From: Polyangiales bacterium
GTDB taxonomy: Bacteria; Myxococcota_A; Polyangia; Polyangiales; Houyiibacteriaceae
Direction: 5' to 3'
DNA length: 64,000 nucleotides
Assembly: GCA_045106895.1 (NCBI GenBank)
Contig: JBGCFM010000081.1
Span: forward strand, 9,224-73,223
Part shown: positions 39,974 to 49,290 of the stretch, one piece after another
How the letters are laid out: every line of letters starts with the position of its first letter
Position numbering within the stretch: the stretch's first letter is position 1
Position numbers and translations under genes: made by a program
Notes under the pieces: model-generated
The model's input: only the letters and a program-made list of their open reading frames with translations
The model's database searches: none
Told to the model about the DNA's origin: nothing

Positions 39974-42634
39974 CTAGAAGCCGCGCAAGATGTCGAGAAG
40001 CTCGCCGATTCGGCGGGCCGCTTCCTCGTCGGCATCCGCGTCGGAAAGCAGGGATTCGAGCCCGCTCCGCGTCTCTGCGCAGACCGTTCGTAGGCTGGAC
40101 ACGTCCACGCTGAGAGTCTCGACGCGTTGCTCGGTTTCTTCGAGCGCGCTCTCCTTCGCGCTAAGCTTCTGCTTCAAGTCCACCGGTTCGACGGGGGCTT
40201 GCTTGAGGAGCTGGATCACTCGCTCGTCGGCGAGAGAGCGCGCCGCGCGTTCGTGCTCCAGGGCTTCCTGCAGCCGGTCCGCGCGCTCTTCGAGTTCGAG
40301 GGCGTCCGTGTTTGAGGTGCTTCCGCCGCCATCCCGAACACGGCGCTCAAGAGCGCGGATGCGATCATCTCGCTCTTCAAGCTGCGCCGTCAGAGAGCGC
40401 ATCAAGGTCTCGAGGCCAGCGTCCGCCTCCGAGGTGGGCGCTAGCTCTCCGCCCGCCGAGGTGATCGACGAACGTTCCGGTGTGAAGCCTTGGTCCTGAA
40501 GCGCCGCGAGGGTGGCTCGAGCAGCGCCGAGGGCCTCCGTCGCCTTGGCCTTGAACGCTTCGAGTCCAGCGACGGTCTCTTCGGCGGCGCTCGCATGATC
40601 CCGCAGCGCTCCGAGTTCGCCCTCGACCTGTCCGAGGCGAGCTGCCGCCGCGTCGCGCGCTTCAGCGACCTCCCGCAGTTCATCGCTGAGCTCTTCGGCC
40701 TCCTGCTGAGCCAACTCTACGAGGTCCGCCGCCGCTGAGTTTGCCAACGCTGCTTTGAGCTCCGCTTCGAGCTCAGCAACCTTCCGTTCGGCACGCTCCC
40801 GAGCATCGACGGCAAGCGACGCGGCCACAACCGCTTCACGTAGGTTGAAGACCTCATCGCGCATGCGAACGACCTGCTTGTCGTGCAGCGCTCGGGTGTT
40901 CTCCTCTTGAGCGAGGTCGATCTGAAGTCGCGTAATGAGTGCGTCTCGCGCCGCCAGTGCAGAACTTACCTCGCGGCCTCGCGTCTCGAGGGCCTCCTTG
41001 TCGGCGCTCAGGTCCAGCGTCGAAATCGTGAGCTCCGTGTTGGTCCGGCGAAGCATCTCCACCTCCTCCTGAAGCGCATCAAGGCGGTCGAGCTGATCAG
41101 TGCTTGGCGAAACCGCAGCCGCCGGCGCCGGCGGCGCGGAAGCCGCTTCAAGAGAAGCTTCCACATCCGCCAAGCGAAGCGTGAGCCCGTTTCGTTCACC
41201 TTCGAGGGCTTCCAGCTGAGTGCGGGCCTCCGCCAACTCTGCAACGGCGGGGTCCGGCGATGGCTCTGGAGCCGGCGCGGCCTGAAGCTCTGCCACCTCG
41301 GAACGCAGCTCGACGTTGGTAGACCGGGCAGCCTCCAGGGACGCCTCGATGTCCGACAAACGCAGCGCGAGACCGTTGCGCTCGCCTTCGAGAGTTTCCG
41401 CGGCGCGCTTCGCCTGGGCGAGTTCCTCCGTGAGAGCCGGGTCTGGAGCGGCGGAAGCAGGAGCGGCGGAAGCGGGATCTGCGGCGGGCGGGGCGGAAGC
41501 CACCGGCGCGGGGGCAGCCGAAGACGCGGCAGACTTGAGGGCCACCACTTCGGCGCTCAGTTCATCGATGGTGAACTGCGCAGCCGCGAGAGAGGCTTCG
41601 GTGTCGAGGGCGCTGTCCGTCGCCGGCGCGCCACGATGACCGCGGGTCCATTCGCGAAGCTCCTCTGCCATGTCGCGGACGATGAGCGCGTGCCTGCGAG
41701 CCTCACTCTGGAGTGATCGAACCTGCGCGCCACGCTCCTGAAGCTTGTGCTCAAGGGCGATGATGTCTTCCCCATCGTCGATGTCCTCAACGAGCGCGAC
41801 CGGCGGAGGTACCTGCGCGGCCTCACGAGACAGCGCTTCGGCCTGGGTGGCGCGTGCCTCAGCTTCCGCCACGGCAGCTTCGGCGGCGGCTTCTTGCGAC
41901 ACCAGGCGAGCACGCGCCTCCGAGAGCGTCGCCTCTGTCTCCACGAGACGGACCTGGGCTTGTTCAAGTCGCGCGCCGGCGCGATTCAGTTCCTGGCGCA
42001 GCGCTTGGACCTCGCGCTCATTCGACTCAGCAGGCTGCGTGCCCGGCAGCTGCACGACGAGGAGACCATCGTTCTCCGGCAGTTCATCACCTGCGACGAA
42101 CAGGTATCGCTCGATGTCTTCTGGCGCGTTCCGGAGAAGCGAGTCATCGAAAGCGACCCCGCCTGCTTCGTGGTCTAGGTTCGCGATGGCAGACGCCGTC
42201 AGCGGCGCCTGACCGAGAAGGCGAACTTCCCGGAACGCGGCGTCGAGGGCGGGAACTGCACGCTCGTAGTGCTCCGTATCCGCTTGTGTCCCAAGAACCA
42301 GCAGGCCGTCTCCGAGGGCGCGTTTTATTTCCTCTGAGCTTTGGCTTAGGTCTTCGAGGACGCTGGCGTCGGGCACCACGACAAGATCAAACTGACCGTC
42401 CAGCTCCAAGCGCCCAGCGCTGTAAGGAACGACGCGAGCGGCGCCGACCTTTCCGGCACGCAAGCGCCCAGACGTGTCCATCACACGGACATCGAGGGCC
42501 ATGGACGCGAGACGCTCCGCGCCGCCGGTGGACGCATCACCGATCCACAGTACGCGCCGGCCAGAGGCCACGTCTTGCAGAAACACCGTGAGGGCGAGAT
42601 CTGCGTTGGGCGAAGGAGCGCTTGGATTCGACAT
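39974..42634 (-). CDS. long coiled-coil protein with N-terminal degenerate methyltransferase-like domain
   Basis: GRRVLWIG...GQFDLVVV, then ~650 aa of Ala/Glu-rich heptads with an internal repeat. Confidence 0.7.
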   Translation of the reverse strand: MSNPSAPSPNADLALTVFLQDVASGRRVLWIGDASTGGAERLASMALDVRVMDTSGRLRAGKVGAARVVPYSAGRLELDGQFDLVVVPDASVLEDLSQSSEEIKRALGDGLLVLGTQADTEHYERAVPALDAAFREVRLLGQAPLTASAIANLDHEAGGVAFDDSLLRNAPEDIERYLFVAGDELPENDGLLVVQLPGTQPAESNEREVQALRQELNRAGARLEQAQVRLVETEATLSEARARLVSQEAAAEAAVAEAEARATQAEALSREAAQVPPPVALVEDIDDGEDIIALEHKLQERGAQVRSLQSEARRHALIVRDMAEELREWTRGHRGAPATDSALDTEASLAAAQFTIDELSAEVVALKSAASSAAPAPVASAPPAADPASAAPASAAPDPALTEELAQAKRAAETLEGERNGLALRLSDIEASLEAARSTNVELRSEVAELQAAPAPEPSPDPAVAELAEARTQLEALEGERNGLTLRLADVEASLEAASAPPAPAAAVSPSTDQLDRLDALQEEVEMLRRTNTELTISTLDLSADKEALETRGREVSSALAARDALITRLQIDLAQEENTRALHDKQVVRMRDEVFNLREAVVAASLAVDARERAERKVAELEAELKAALANSAAADLVELAQQEAEELSDELREVAEARDAAAARLGQVEGELGALRDHASAAEETVAGLEAFKAKATEALGAARATLAALQDQGFTPERSSITSAGGELAPTSEADAGLETLMRSLTAQLEERDDRIRALERRVRDGGGSTSNTDALELEERADRLQEALEHERAARSLADERVIQLLKQAPVEPVDLKQKLSAKESALEETEQRVETLSVDVSSLRTVCAETRSGLESLLSDADADEEAARRIGELLDILRGF

Positions 42635-42788
42635 GAGTGAGCTTTCGGCCGAAAGGTCGGCGCGTCGGTTATAGCGAGTGCGCGATTCGCGGGTCAACGC
42701 CCCTTTTCAGCCGCTTATTGCGTGTTCTGGAGTTTTCGCGACGTGAGTTCACCTCGCCCTTCCCACAGGGCCCCGCTATGTTCCCCGG

Positions 42789-45686
42789 GTGTCCCCAGCG
42801 GCGACCGGTGTAAAGCGCTTTTTGGCCCGGCTACGCCGGCGAACGCTGCTTCTGCACGTTCAGCGACTGGTCCTCGTCGGTGGGACCACATTTGTCGTAA
42901 GCCTGCTTTTTCTTGGGATGATCCTCCCCCCTGCGATCGGTCTCATCGCAGCGATCAGCGCCTGGGCTGTTGTCGTGGCCGCAACGTTGGCGGCCTGCGT
43001 GTGGTCGCTCTGGCCCGTTGTCGAGTCTCGCGGCGGCTCCGTGGCCCGGCATCTCCAGCGACGTTCCCCCCGAATTGCATCGGCGGCGCGAAGTGTCGTC
43101 GAGCTCGCGGACGCGTCCGACCAGACAGAGCTAGTCCACGCCCATGCCAACGAAGTCTGGGATGAGCTCAAAGATGTCCGTCCCCGGGAGGTCATCCCCT
43201 GGAGCGTCGCGTGGACCTCGCGGGCGCTCATCGCCGCCGGCGTTGGCCTGACTCTGGCCCTGGTCCTCCTCGCCGGAGGAGCGGGTAAGACCGGCGTGTA
43301 CGCGATGTTCCATCCAGGGAACCACGACGGAGATGCCGCGCTCGTGGACATCGTCTCGAGCCTCGAGTGGTCCTGCCGCTTCCCCAGCTACTTGAAACGA
43401 GCGCCGGAGCAGCTCTCTGGAGCCGCTCTCACGCTCCCCGTCGGTACCGTGGTGAGTGCGTCCATGAGCGCTCGCGTGAACCTGCGACAGGCGCATCTCG
43501 ACATCGCCGGCACACGTTACCCTCTCGAGGGGCATGGACGGGAATGGCACACCACCTTCGAAGTCACGGAGTCGGGGACCATCTTGGTGCGAGGGCGTGA
43601 CGCCGACGGTCAAACACTTCAGGACGCGTCCCCGCGTGGGCTCACCGCCGTCGTCGACGAGGAGCCGGCGCTCTCCATCGAGAGCCCGCCACTCGAAGAT
43701 GTCGACGCCGACGCCGAGCTGACCATGCCTTTCACGGCCAGCGACGATCATGGCCTTGCGTCGGTTCGCTTAGTCGTGCGCACGAGCGCCGGCGAGGTCA
43801 TTCGCCGGGAACTTTTTCGCTCCGAAGCGGGCGTTCTGCGACACCAAGGCCTCTTCACTTTCTCCGTCCCCGAGACGCGCGCGCGACCCGGGGACCCCAT
43901 CCACGTTTGGATCGAAGGCACCGACCTGGATGACGAAAACGGGCCCAACATGGGTCGCTCGGAGAGTCTTCGCATCGTCGTCGCGAGTGAGAGCACCCGG
44001 CGAGAGAGAGTAGCGAGGCGCCTCGCGGAGGCCATGGACTTGGGCCTCGGTGCGCTGGCAGACCGGCTTGAAAACGAAGATTTCGGGAGCCCAGAACGAC
44101 TCGCCTTCGTGGGTGCCTCTACCGAAAACTACGCCACCATTCTCCAAGCCATCGGCGAAGAAGACCCCGAAGGCATCGACGGGAGCGTCCTTCGCGCGAT
44201 GGGCACGCGAGTGCGCAGAGGGCTGGTTCGCGAGCAGCGAGCACACCGCGGCGGCCGCGCGAGTGCATCCGCCGCGCGGCGTGTGGACACGCCGATGATC
44301 CCGCTCTTCGAAGACCAAATCTTGCTCCTCGCCGACCTCGTCGCGCAAGTTCGCCTTGAAGACGCCGCGTCCATCGCCCGCGAACTCGACGCCCTCCGTC
44401 GGGAGATGACCTCGCTCCTCGAAGAGCTTCAACGCACCGACTCTCCGCAGGCTCGGGAAGACCTCCTCGCCGCCATCGCTCGAGCCCACGCACGGCTCCA
44501 GGAGCTCTCCGCCCGACTTGCCTCGTTGCGGGAGGCGAGTCCGTCGGAGTTCGTGAACCGCGAGAGCATGGACTCCCAGCCCAGCGAAGACGCCCTCAGC
44601 GCGTTTGAGCAAGCGGTCCGCGAAGGAGACTTTGAACGCGCGGAGCGACAGCTCCTTGAACTGCAGCGAGAAATCGACCGCCTCGCCGGTTCCACGGAGA
44701 CCGCAAACGCAGAGATGGGCTCGGGTCGTCCTGGCCCGCGCGAACGCGCCATGGCCGAAGCGCTCGACCTTCTTTCCGGTCTCGAACGCGAACAAGCGCA
44801 GCTCAGCGGACGCTCCGAAGACACACGGCAGGCGGCGACGGCGGCGGCCCTCGAAGACGCCGGTGACGCGCTGGCGGAGGAAGCTCAGCGACTCGAGTCA
44901 GATGTGCGCGCCGCCGCGGATGTGTTGCGCGCGGTCCCGGAAAACCGCTTAGGTCGATACGACTCCGAGACTCGCGCTATCGCCATCGCCCGACTTGAGG
45001 ACGCGGCGGACGCACTCGCCGCCGGTGACTTCGGAGAAGGCCGAGAGATGGCCCGAGCGGCGCAACGAAACGTGCAGCGCCTCGCTCGCGAACTTGAGCT
45101 GTCGGCGATGATGTACGGCGGAAGAAACGGAGTTATGGCGGAAGCTTCCCAAGCCGCTCAGCGTGCAGCCCAAGCGACACGAGAGCTCGCCGGCGAGATC
45201 AACGCCGCGATTCCCCGTGTGCAGGAACACTTGGCGGAGAACGGGCGCGCGCAGCTGGCAGAAGACTCCCCGCGCCAGAGTGCTGCGCGAGAAGCAGCCG
45301 AGCGCCTATCGGCGCTCTTCCGTTCCGAGCCGGACGGCAGTCCCCTGAGTCCAGAGAGCGCCGAGAGCGTGGACTCGGCGATGGAAGCGATGCGCGGCGC
45401 CGAGACGGCAATGGAGGCACGCGAACCGATGGGCACCGCGCAGAACCAAGCAGAAGCAGCGCGGCAGCTTTCCGAACTGAGGGACAAGCTGGAGGAGCAG
45501 CAGCGTCAAGAGCAGGAGTCCGGCGGTGGCGGCGGCGAGTCGACGCCACGGGAGCGCATCGCCCTCCCCGGCGAAGGCGAACGCCGCGATGACCGTCGAC
45601 GAGAGCTCCTCGATGGAATGCAAAGGCGCGCGCCCGCCGGTTTTGAAGAGGCGAACAGACGGTACTACGAGGGGCTTCTTCGATGA
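42789..45686 (+). CDS. DUF4175-like membrane protein (TM, Ig-like region, coiled coil)
   Basis: FPSY, D..P, ASDDHGL, C-terminal APAGFEEANRRYYEGL. Confidence 0.75.
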   Translation: MSPAATGVKRFLARLRRRTLLLHVQRLVLVGGTTFVVSLLFLGMILPPAIGLIAAISAWAVVVAATLAACVWSLWPVVESRGGSVARHLQRRSPRIASAARSVVELADASDQTELVHAHANEVWDELKDVRPREVIPWSVAWTSRALIAAGVGLTLALVLLAGGAGKTGVYAMFHPGNHDGDAALVDIVSSLEWSCRFPSYLKRAPEQLSGAALTLPVGTVVSASMSARVNLRQAHLDIAGTRYPLEGHGREWHTTFEVTESGTILVRGRDADGQTLQDASPRGLTAVVDEEPALSIESPPLEDVDADAELTMPFTASDDHGLASVRLVVRTSAGEVIRRELFRSEAGVLRHQGLFTFSVPETRARPGDPIHVWIEGTDLDDENGPNMGRSESLRIVVASESTRRERVARRLAEAMDLGLGALADRLENEDFGSPERLAFVGASTENYATILQAIGEEDPEGIDGSVLRAMGTRVRRGLVREQRAHRGGRASASAARRVDTPMIPLFEDQILLLADLVAQVRLEDAASIARELDALRREMTSLLEELQRTDSPQAREDLLAAIARAHARLQELSARLASLREASPSEFVNRESMDSQPSEDALSAFEQAVREGDFERAERQLLELQREIDRLAGSTETANAEMGSGRPGPRERAMAEALDLLSGLEREQAQLSGRSEDTRQAATAAALEDAGDALAEEAQRLESDVRAAADVLRAVPENRLGRYDSETRAIAIARLEDAADALAAGDFGEGREMARAAQRNVQRLARELELSAMMYGGRNGVMAEASQAAQRAAQATRELAGEINAAIPRVQEHLAENGRAQLAEDSPRQSAAREAAERLSALFRSEPDGSPLSPESAESVDSAMEAMRGAETAMEAREPMGTAQNQAEAARQLSELRDKLEEQQRQEQESGGGGGESTPRERIALPGEGERRDDRRRELLDGMQRRAPAGFEEANRRYYEGLLR

Positions 45687-47248
45687 ACGGCGCTCGGATG
45701 TTTCGGATCGGCGCGTGGATGTTCGCGGCGCTGTGCACGTGGGCTGCCACGGAGGCGAGCGCGCAAAGCGGGCGTACGCGCGAGGCCTTCGACGCCCTCG
45801 CGGAACTCCGCGTCGAGGATGCAGACGCCATCGTGGAGACTTTGGACGACAACGCCCTGTCCCTCGAGCTCAAAGGAATGGTGCGCTTCCACCAAGGCCG
45901 CTACGAGGAAGCCCTGACGGCGATGGAAGCGTCGCTCGAGATGTCACCGGCGCAGCCAGGGTCCACGCGCGTCGAGATGCGCGACCTCATCCGCTCAACC
46001 CGAGACGCCACCCAGGGCTACATCGAAGTGCACAGCGACGATGGTCGATTCATCATCCGGCACCCTCCAGGTCGCGAAGCGACGCTGATTCCTTACGCGA
46101 TGGAGGCGCTACAGCGCACCGACGAGGCGCTGCACGTGGAGCTTGGTGTTCGGGTTCCAGGCCCGATTCTCCTCGAGATCTATCCCTCGGCGAGCGTGCT
46201 GGCCGCGGTCTCGTCGTTGACCGTGGAGAACATCGAGACCTCCGGCACCATCGCTCTGTGCAAGTGGGACCGGCTCATGGTGACTTCGCCCCGCGCGCTG
46301 CTCCGTGGTTACCCATGGATGGACACCATCGCGCACGAGTTCACGCATCTTGTCCTGGCCCGCGGCAGCCGTGACCACGCCCCGGTGTGGGTTCAGGAAG
46401 GAATCGCGAAGTTTCTCGAGCGGCGCTGGCGCCAGGCCGAAGTGCCTCTTGAGCAGTCTCCGATGCTCCAGATGATGCTTCGAGAAGCCGCGAGCAACGA
46501 CACCCTGCTTCCCTTCGAGCGTCTGCATCCGAGCATCGCGCTCCTTCCCTCTCAGGAACAGGCCGCCCTCGCCTTCGCGCAGGTTTCGAGCTTCGTGTCC
46601 CTCTATTATCAGACCTTTGGGCGAGCCGCGCTCCAGGACGTGGTGCGACGTTTGGCCGCTGGCGAAGACGCACAAGACGCGTTCGGCAACGCCGCCCAGC
46701 GAACCTTCGCGCAACTCGAAGACACCTGGCGACGCAGCCTCGATCGGCTGAACGCGAGCGACGCTCCAGACTTCCGAGGCCTTCGATTTCACGGCGATGA
46801 GTCCGATGACGTGGGCGAGGAAGCCCGCCGTCACCTGCGGCTCGGCGACATGCTCTGGACACGCGAGCGCTATGGCGCGGCCGCTCGCCAGTACGAGCGT
46901 GGCCTTCGCACCGCGCCTGGCGACCCTGTCTTGGCAGCGCGCCTCGCTCGCGCGGCGCTGGCCGGCCGGCGAAACGGCGTCGATGCCCAGGAAGGCGCGG
47001 CACTCGCGATCGCGACTCTTCAGCCCATCGCAGCGGACCACCCCGACTACGCGCCTCTACGGGCCTACCTCGGGAGCGCCTACCGCGTCGCCGGTGAGGT
47101 GGCCAATGCGCAGCGGGAGGCACGCGCCGCCCTCGCCCTCAACCCCTTCGACCCACGCCCCCATTGCGACCTCGCAGAGATAGGGGACGAGGCCATCCGT
47201 GAGCGAGAGGCAAACGCGTGCGCGGCGCTGGGCGGCGAGCAGCCATGA
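45683..47248 (+). CDS. secreted gluzincin (peptidase MA-like) with TPRs
   Basis: Signal peptide, AHEFTH...PVWVQEGIA, C-terminal TPRs. Confidence 0.8.
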   Translation: MNGARMFRIGAWMFAALCTWAATEASAQSGRTREAFDALAELRVEDADAIVETLDDNALSLELKGMVRFHQGRYEEALTAMEASLEMSPAQPGSTRVEMRDLIRSTRDATQGYIEVHSDDGRFIIRHPPGREATLIPYAMEALQRTDEALHVELGVRVPGPILLEIYPSASVLAAVSSLTVENIETSGTIALCKWDRLMVTSPRALLRGYPWMDTIAHEFTHLVLARGSRDHAPVWVQEGIAKFLERRWRQAEVPLEQSPMLQMMLREAASNDTLLPFERLHPSIALLPSQEQAALAFAQVSSFVSLYYQTFGRAALQDVVRRLAAGEDAQDAFGNAAQRTFAQLEDTWRRSLDRLNASDAPDFRGLRFHGDESDDVGEEARRHLRLGDMLWTRERYGAAARQYERGLRTAPGDPVLAARLARAALAGRRNGVDAQEGAALAIATLQPIAADHPDYAPLRAYLGSAYRVAGEVANAQREARAALALNPFDPRPHCDLAEIGDEAIREREANACAALGGEQP

Positions 47249-47276
47249 GCGACCGGACAGCGCGGGAAGTAGGGCA

Positions 47277-48362
47277 ATGACGCAGGACTCAGAGACTGCT
47301 AAGGCAGCACCCGTGGAACCGACTCAGCCCTCAACTCCAAGCCAGCCCGCTCCTGAGCCCAGCTCGGCTCCGGTTAGCCCTGCGGCAAGCGACGTCGAAA
47401 ACGTGAAGCGTTTGGCCGCGGCGCGCTCGCGCATCGAAGCCGAAATCGCCAAGCGCATCGTTGGTCAGCAGGACGTCGTCGAGCTTCTCCTGGTGTCGGT
47501 ATTCGCGCGCGGTCATGGGCTCTTCGTCGGCGTGCCGGGCTTGGCCAAAACGCTCCTCGTGCAGACGCTCGCGGAGGTGCTCTCCCTCGAAAGTGCGCGC
47601 ATCCAGTTCACGCCGGACCTGATGCCCGCGGACATCACAGGAACGGACGTTCTCGAGGAAGACCCCACCACCGGAAAGCGGTCCTTTCGTTTTGTGAAGG
47701 GGCCCGTCTTCACTCAGCTTCTCCTCGCCGACGAGATCAACCGAACGCCTCCAAAGACTCAGGCGGCGCTTCTTCAAGCCATGGCCGAGGGTCGCGTCAC
47801 TGCCGGCGGCCAGACGCACGCGCTGGCCCAACCATACCTGGTTTTCGCGACGCAAAACCCCATCGAGCAGGAGGGCACATACCCACTGCCGGAGGCGCAG
47901 CTGGACCGATTCCTTGTTCAGATCGACGTCGCCTACCCGAGCGCACGCGAAGAGTTCGACATCGTTCGCAGCACCACGGACGGCAGCCGCGCCCAGCCGG
48001 AAGCTGTGCTGGATGAATCCGAGGTCCTCGCATTTCAGGAGCTTGTGCCCCGAATTCCCGTCGCGGAGCACGTTCTCAAACACGCCATCGGTCTCGTGCG
48101 CCGGAGTCGCCCCGAGGACGAAGAAGCGAGTCCCAAAGCCAAGGAGTATCTCTCCTTCGGCGCTGGGCCCCGTGCAGGGCAGGCGTTGATTCTCGGCGCG
48201 AAAGCGCTGGCGGCCCTCGAGGGTCGATTTGCCGCCGAGACCGACGACGTCGATCGACTCGCCAAAGCGGTGTTGCGGCACCGCCTCGTCCTCAACTTCA
48301 AGGCGGAAGCCGAAGGCATCCGTCGAGAAGACATCGTCGAGGCGCTTCTCCGCGGCGAGTAG
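47277..48362 (+). CDS. MoxR-family AAA+ ATPase
   Basis: GVPGLAKT, RIQFTPDLMPAD, LLADEINRTPPKTQAALL, ATQNPIEQEGTYPLPEAQLDRF. Confidence 0.97.
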   Translation: MTQDSETAKAAPVEPTQPSTPSQPAPEPSSAPVSPAASDVENVKRLAAARSRIEAEIAKRIVGQQDVVELLLVSVFARGHGLFVGVPGLAKTLLVQTLAEVLSLESARIQFTPDLMPADITGTDVLEEDPTTGKRSFRFVKGPVFTQLLLADEINRTPPKTQAALLQAMAEGRVTAGGQTHALAQPYLVFATQNPIEQEGTYPLPEAQLDRFLVQIDVAYPSAREEFDIVRSTTDGSRAQPEAVLDESEVLAFQELVPRIPVAEHVLKHAIGLVRRSRPEDEEASPKAKEYLSFGAGPRAGQALILGAKALAALEGRFAAETDDVDRLAKAVLRHRLVLNFKAEAEGIRREDIVEALLRGE

Positions 48363-48365
48363 CCA

Positions 48366-49256
48366 GTGACCTCCGCTACGCTCATTGGCGATGAGCTCGC
48401 CGCCCGCGCACGCGCCCTTCACTTTCGTGCGAAGGGGGTCGTCGAGAGCCTCCGTAGCGGGCTGCACAAGAGCGCCCACCACGGTGCGAGCATGGTGTTC
48501 GCCGAGCACCGAGAATACCGCCCCGGAGACGACCCGCGGCGCCTAGACTGGCGCGCCTATGCGCGGTCCGGGAAGCCGGTCATCCGACGCTTTGAGCAGG
48601 AAGCCCAGCTCCGCGCCCAGCTTGTTCAGGACCGGTCCGCCTCGATGAACTGGAACGGGTTCGCCGGCGAGGGTCCCACCAAACGAGAGTACGCGGCGGT
48701 CCTCTTGGCGAGCATCGCCCACCTATTGCAGGGCCAAGGAGACGCCGTCGGATGCCGTGCGCTGCACAGCCATGGCGGCCTCAAGCCTTCAGCGCGGCGC
48801 TCCCAGCTCTTGTCGATTCTGCGTCACCTGAGCGACCCCGCAGAGGGCGAAGAGACGCTCTCCTTGCACGCGTCCCTGGCGTCCATCGCCAGCAGCACAC
48901 CGCGGCGTAGCCTCTTGGTCATCGCCTCGGATTTTCTTCATGTGGACGAAGACCTCGCCGGCATGCCGTGGAATATGTTGAGCGCGAAGGGCCGCGAGGT
49001 CATCGTCTTTCATGTGCTCCACGCCGATGAGGTGGCGCCGCCCAGCGAGCTGTCCGCGCGTTTCTTTGGACTCGAAAACGAAGGCGAACTCGAAGCGGAC
49101 ATGTCGCGCGTCGGAGAGCGCTACCGGGGCGCCATGAATGAGTTTCGTGAGCAGGTACAGTCGCGCTGCGCGCAGGCCTCGATTCGTTATGTGGACGCCC
49201 GCATGGACCGCTCCGTGAGCGAAGTTCTCGCCGCTGGGCTCTGGGGAGCACGATGA
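48366..49256 (+). CDS. DUF58 family protein
   Basis: FAEHREYRPGDD.RRLDW, DRSASM, ASDF. Confidence 0.92.
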   Translation: MTSATLIGDELAARARALHFRAKGVVESLRSGLHKSAHHGASMVFAEHREYRPGDDPRRLDWRAYARSGKPVIRRFEQEAQLRAQLVQDRSASMNWNGFAGEGPTKREYAAVLLASIAHLLQGQGDAVGCRALHSHGGLKPSARRSQLLSILRHLSDPAEGEETLSLHASLASIASSTPRRSLLVIASDFLHVDEDLAGMPWNMLSAKGREVIVFHVLHADEVAPPSELSARFFGLENEGELEADMSRVGERYRGAMNEFREQVQSRCAQASIRYVDARMDRSVSEVLAAGLWGAR

Positions 49257-49290
49257 ACGCTCCAATGAACGCCGTCGAAAGTGCGGGCTC

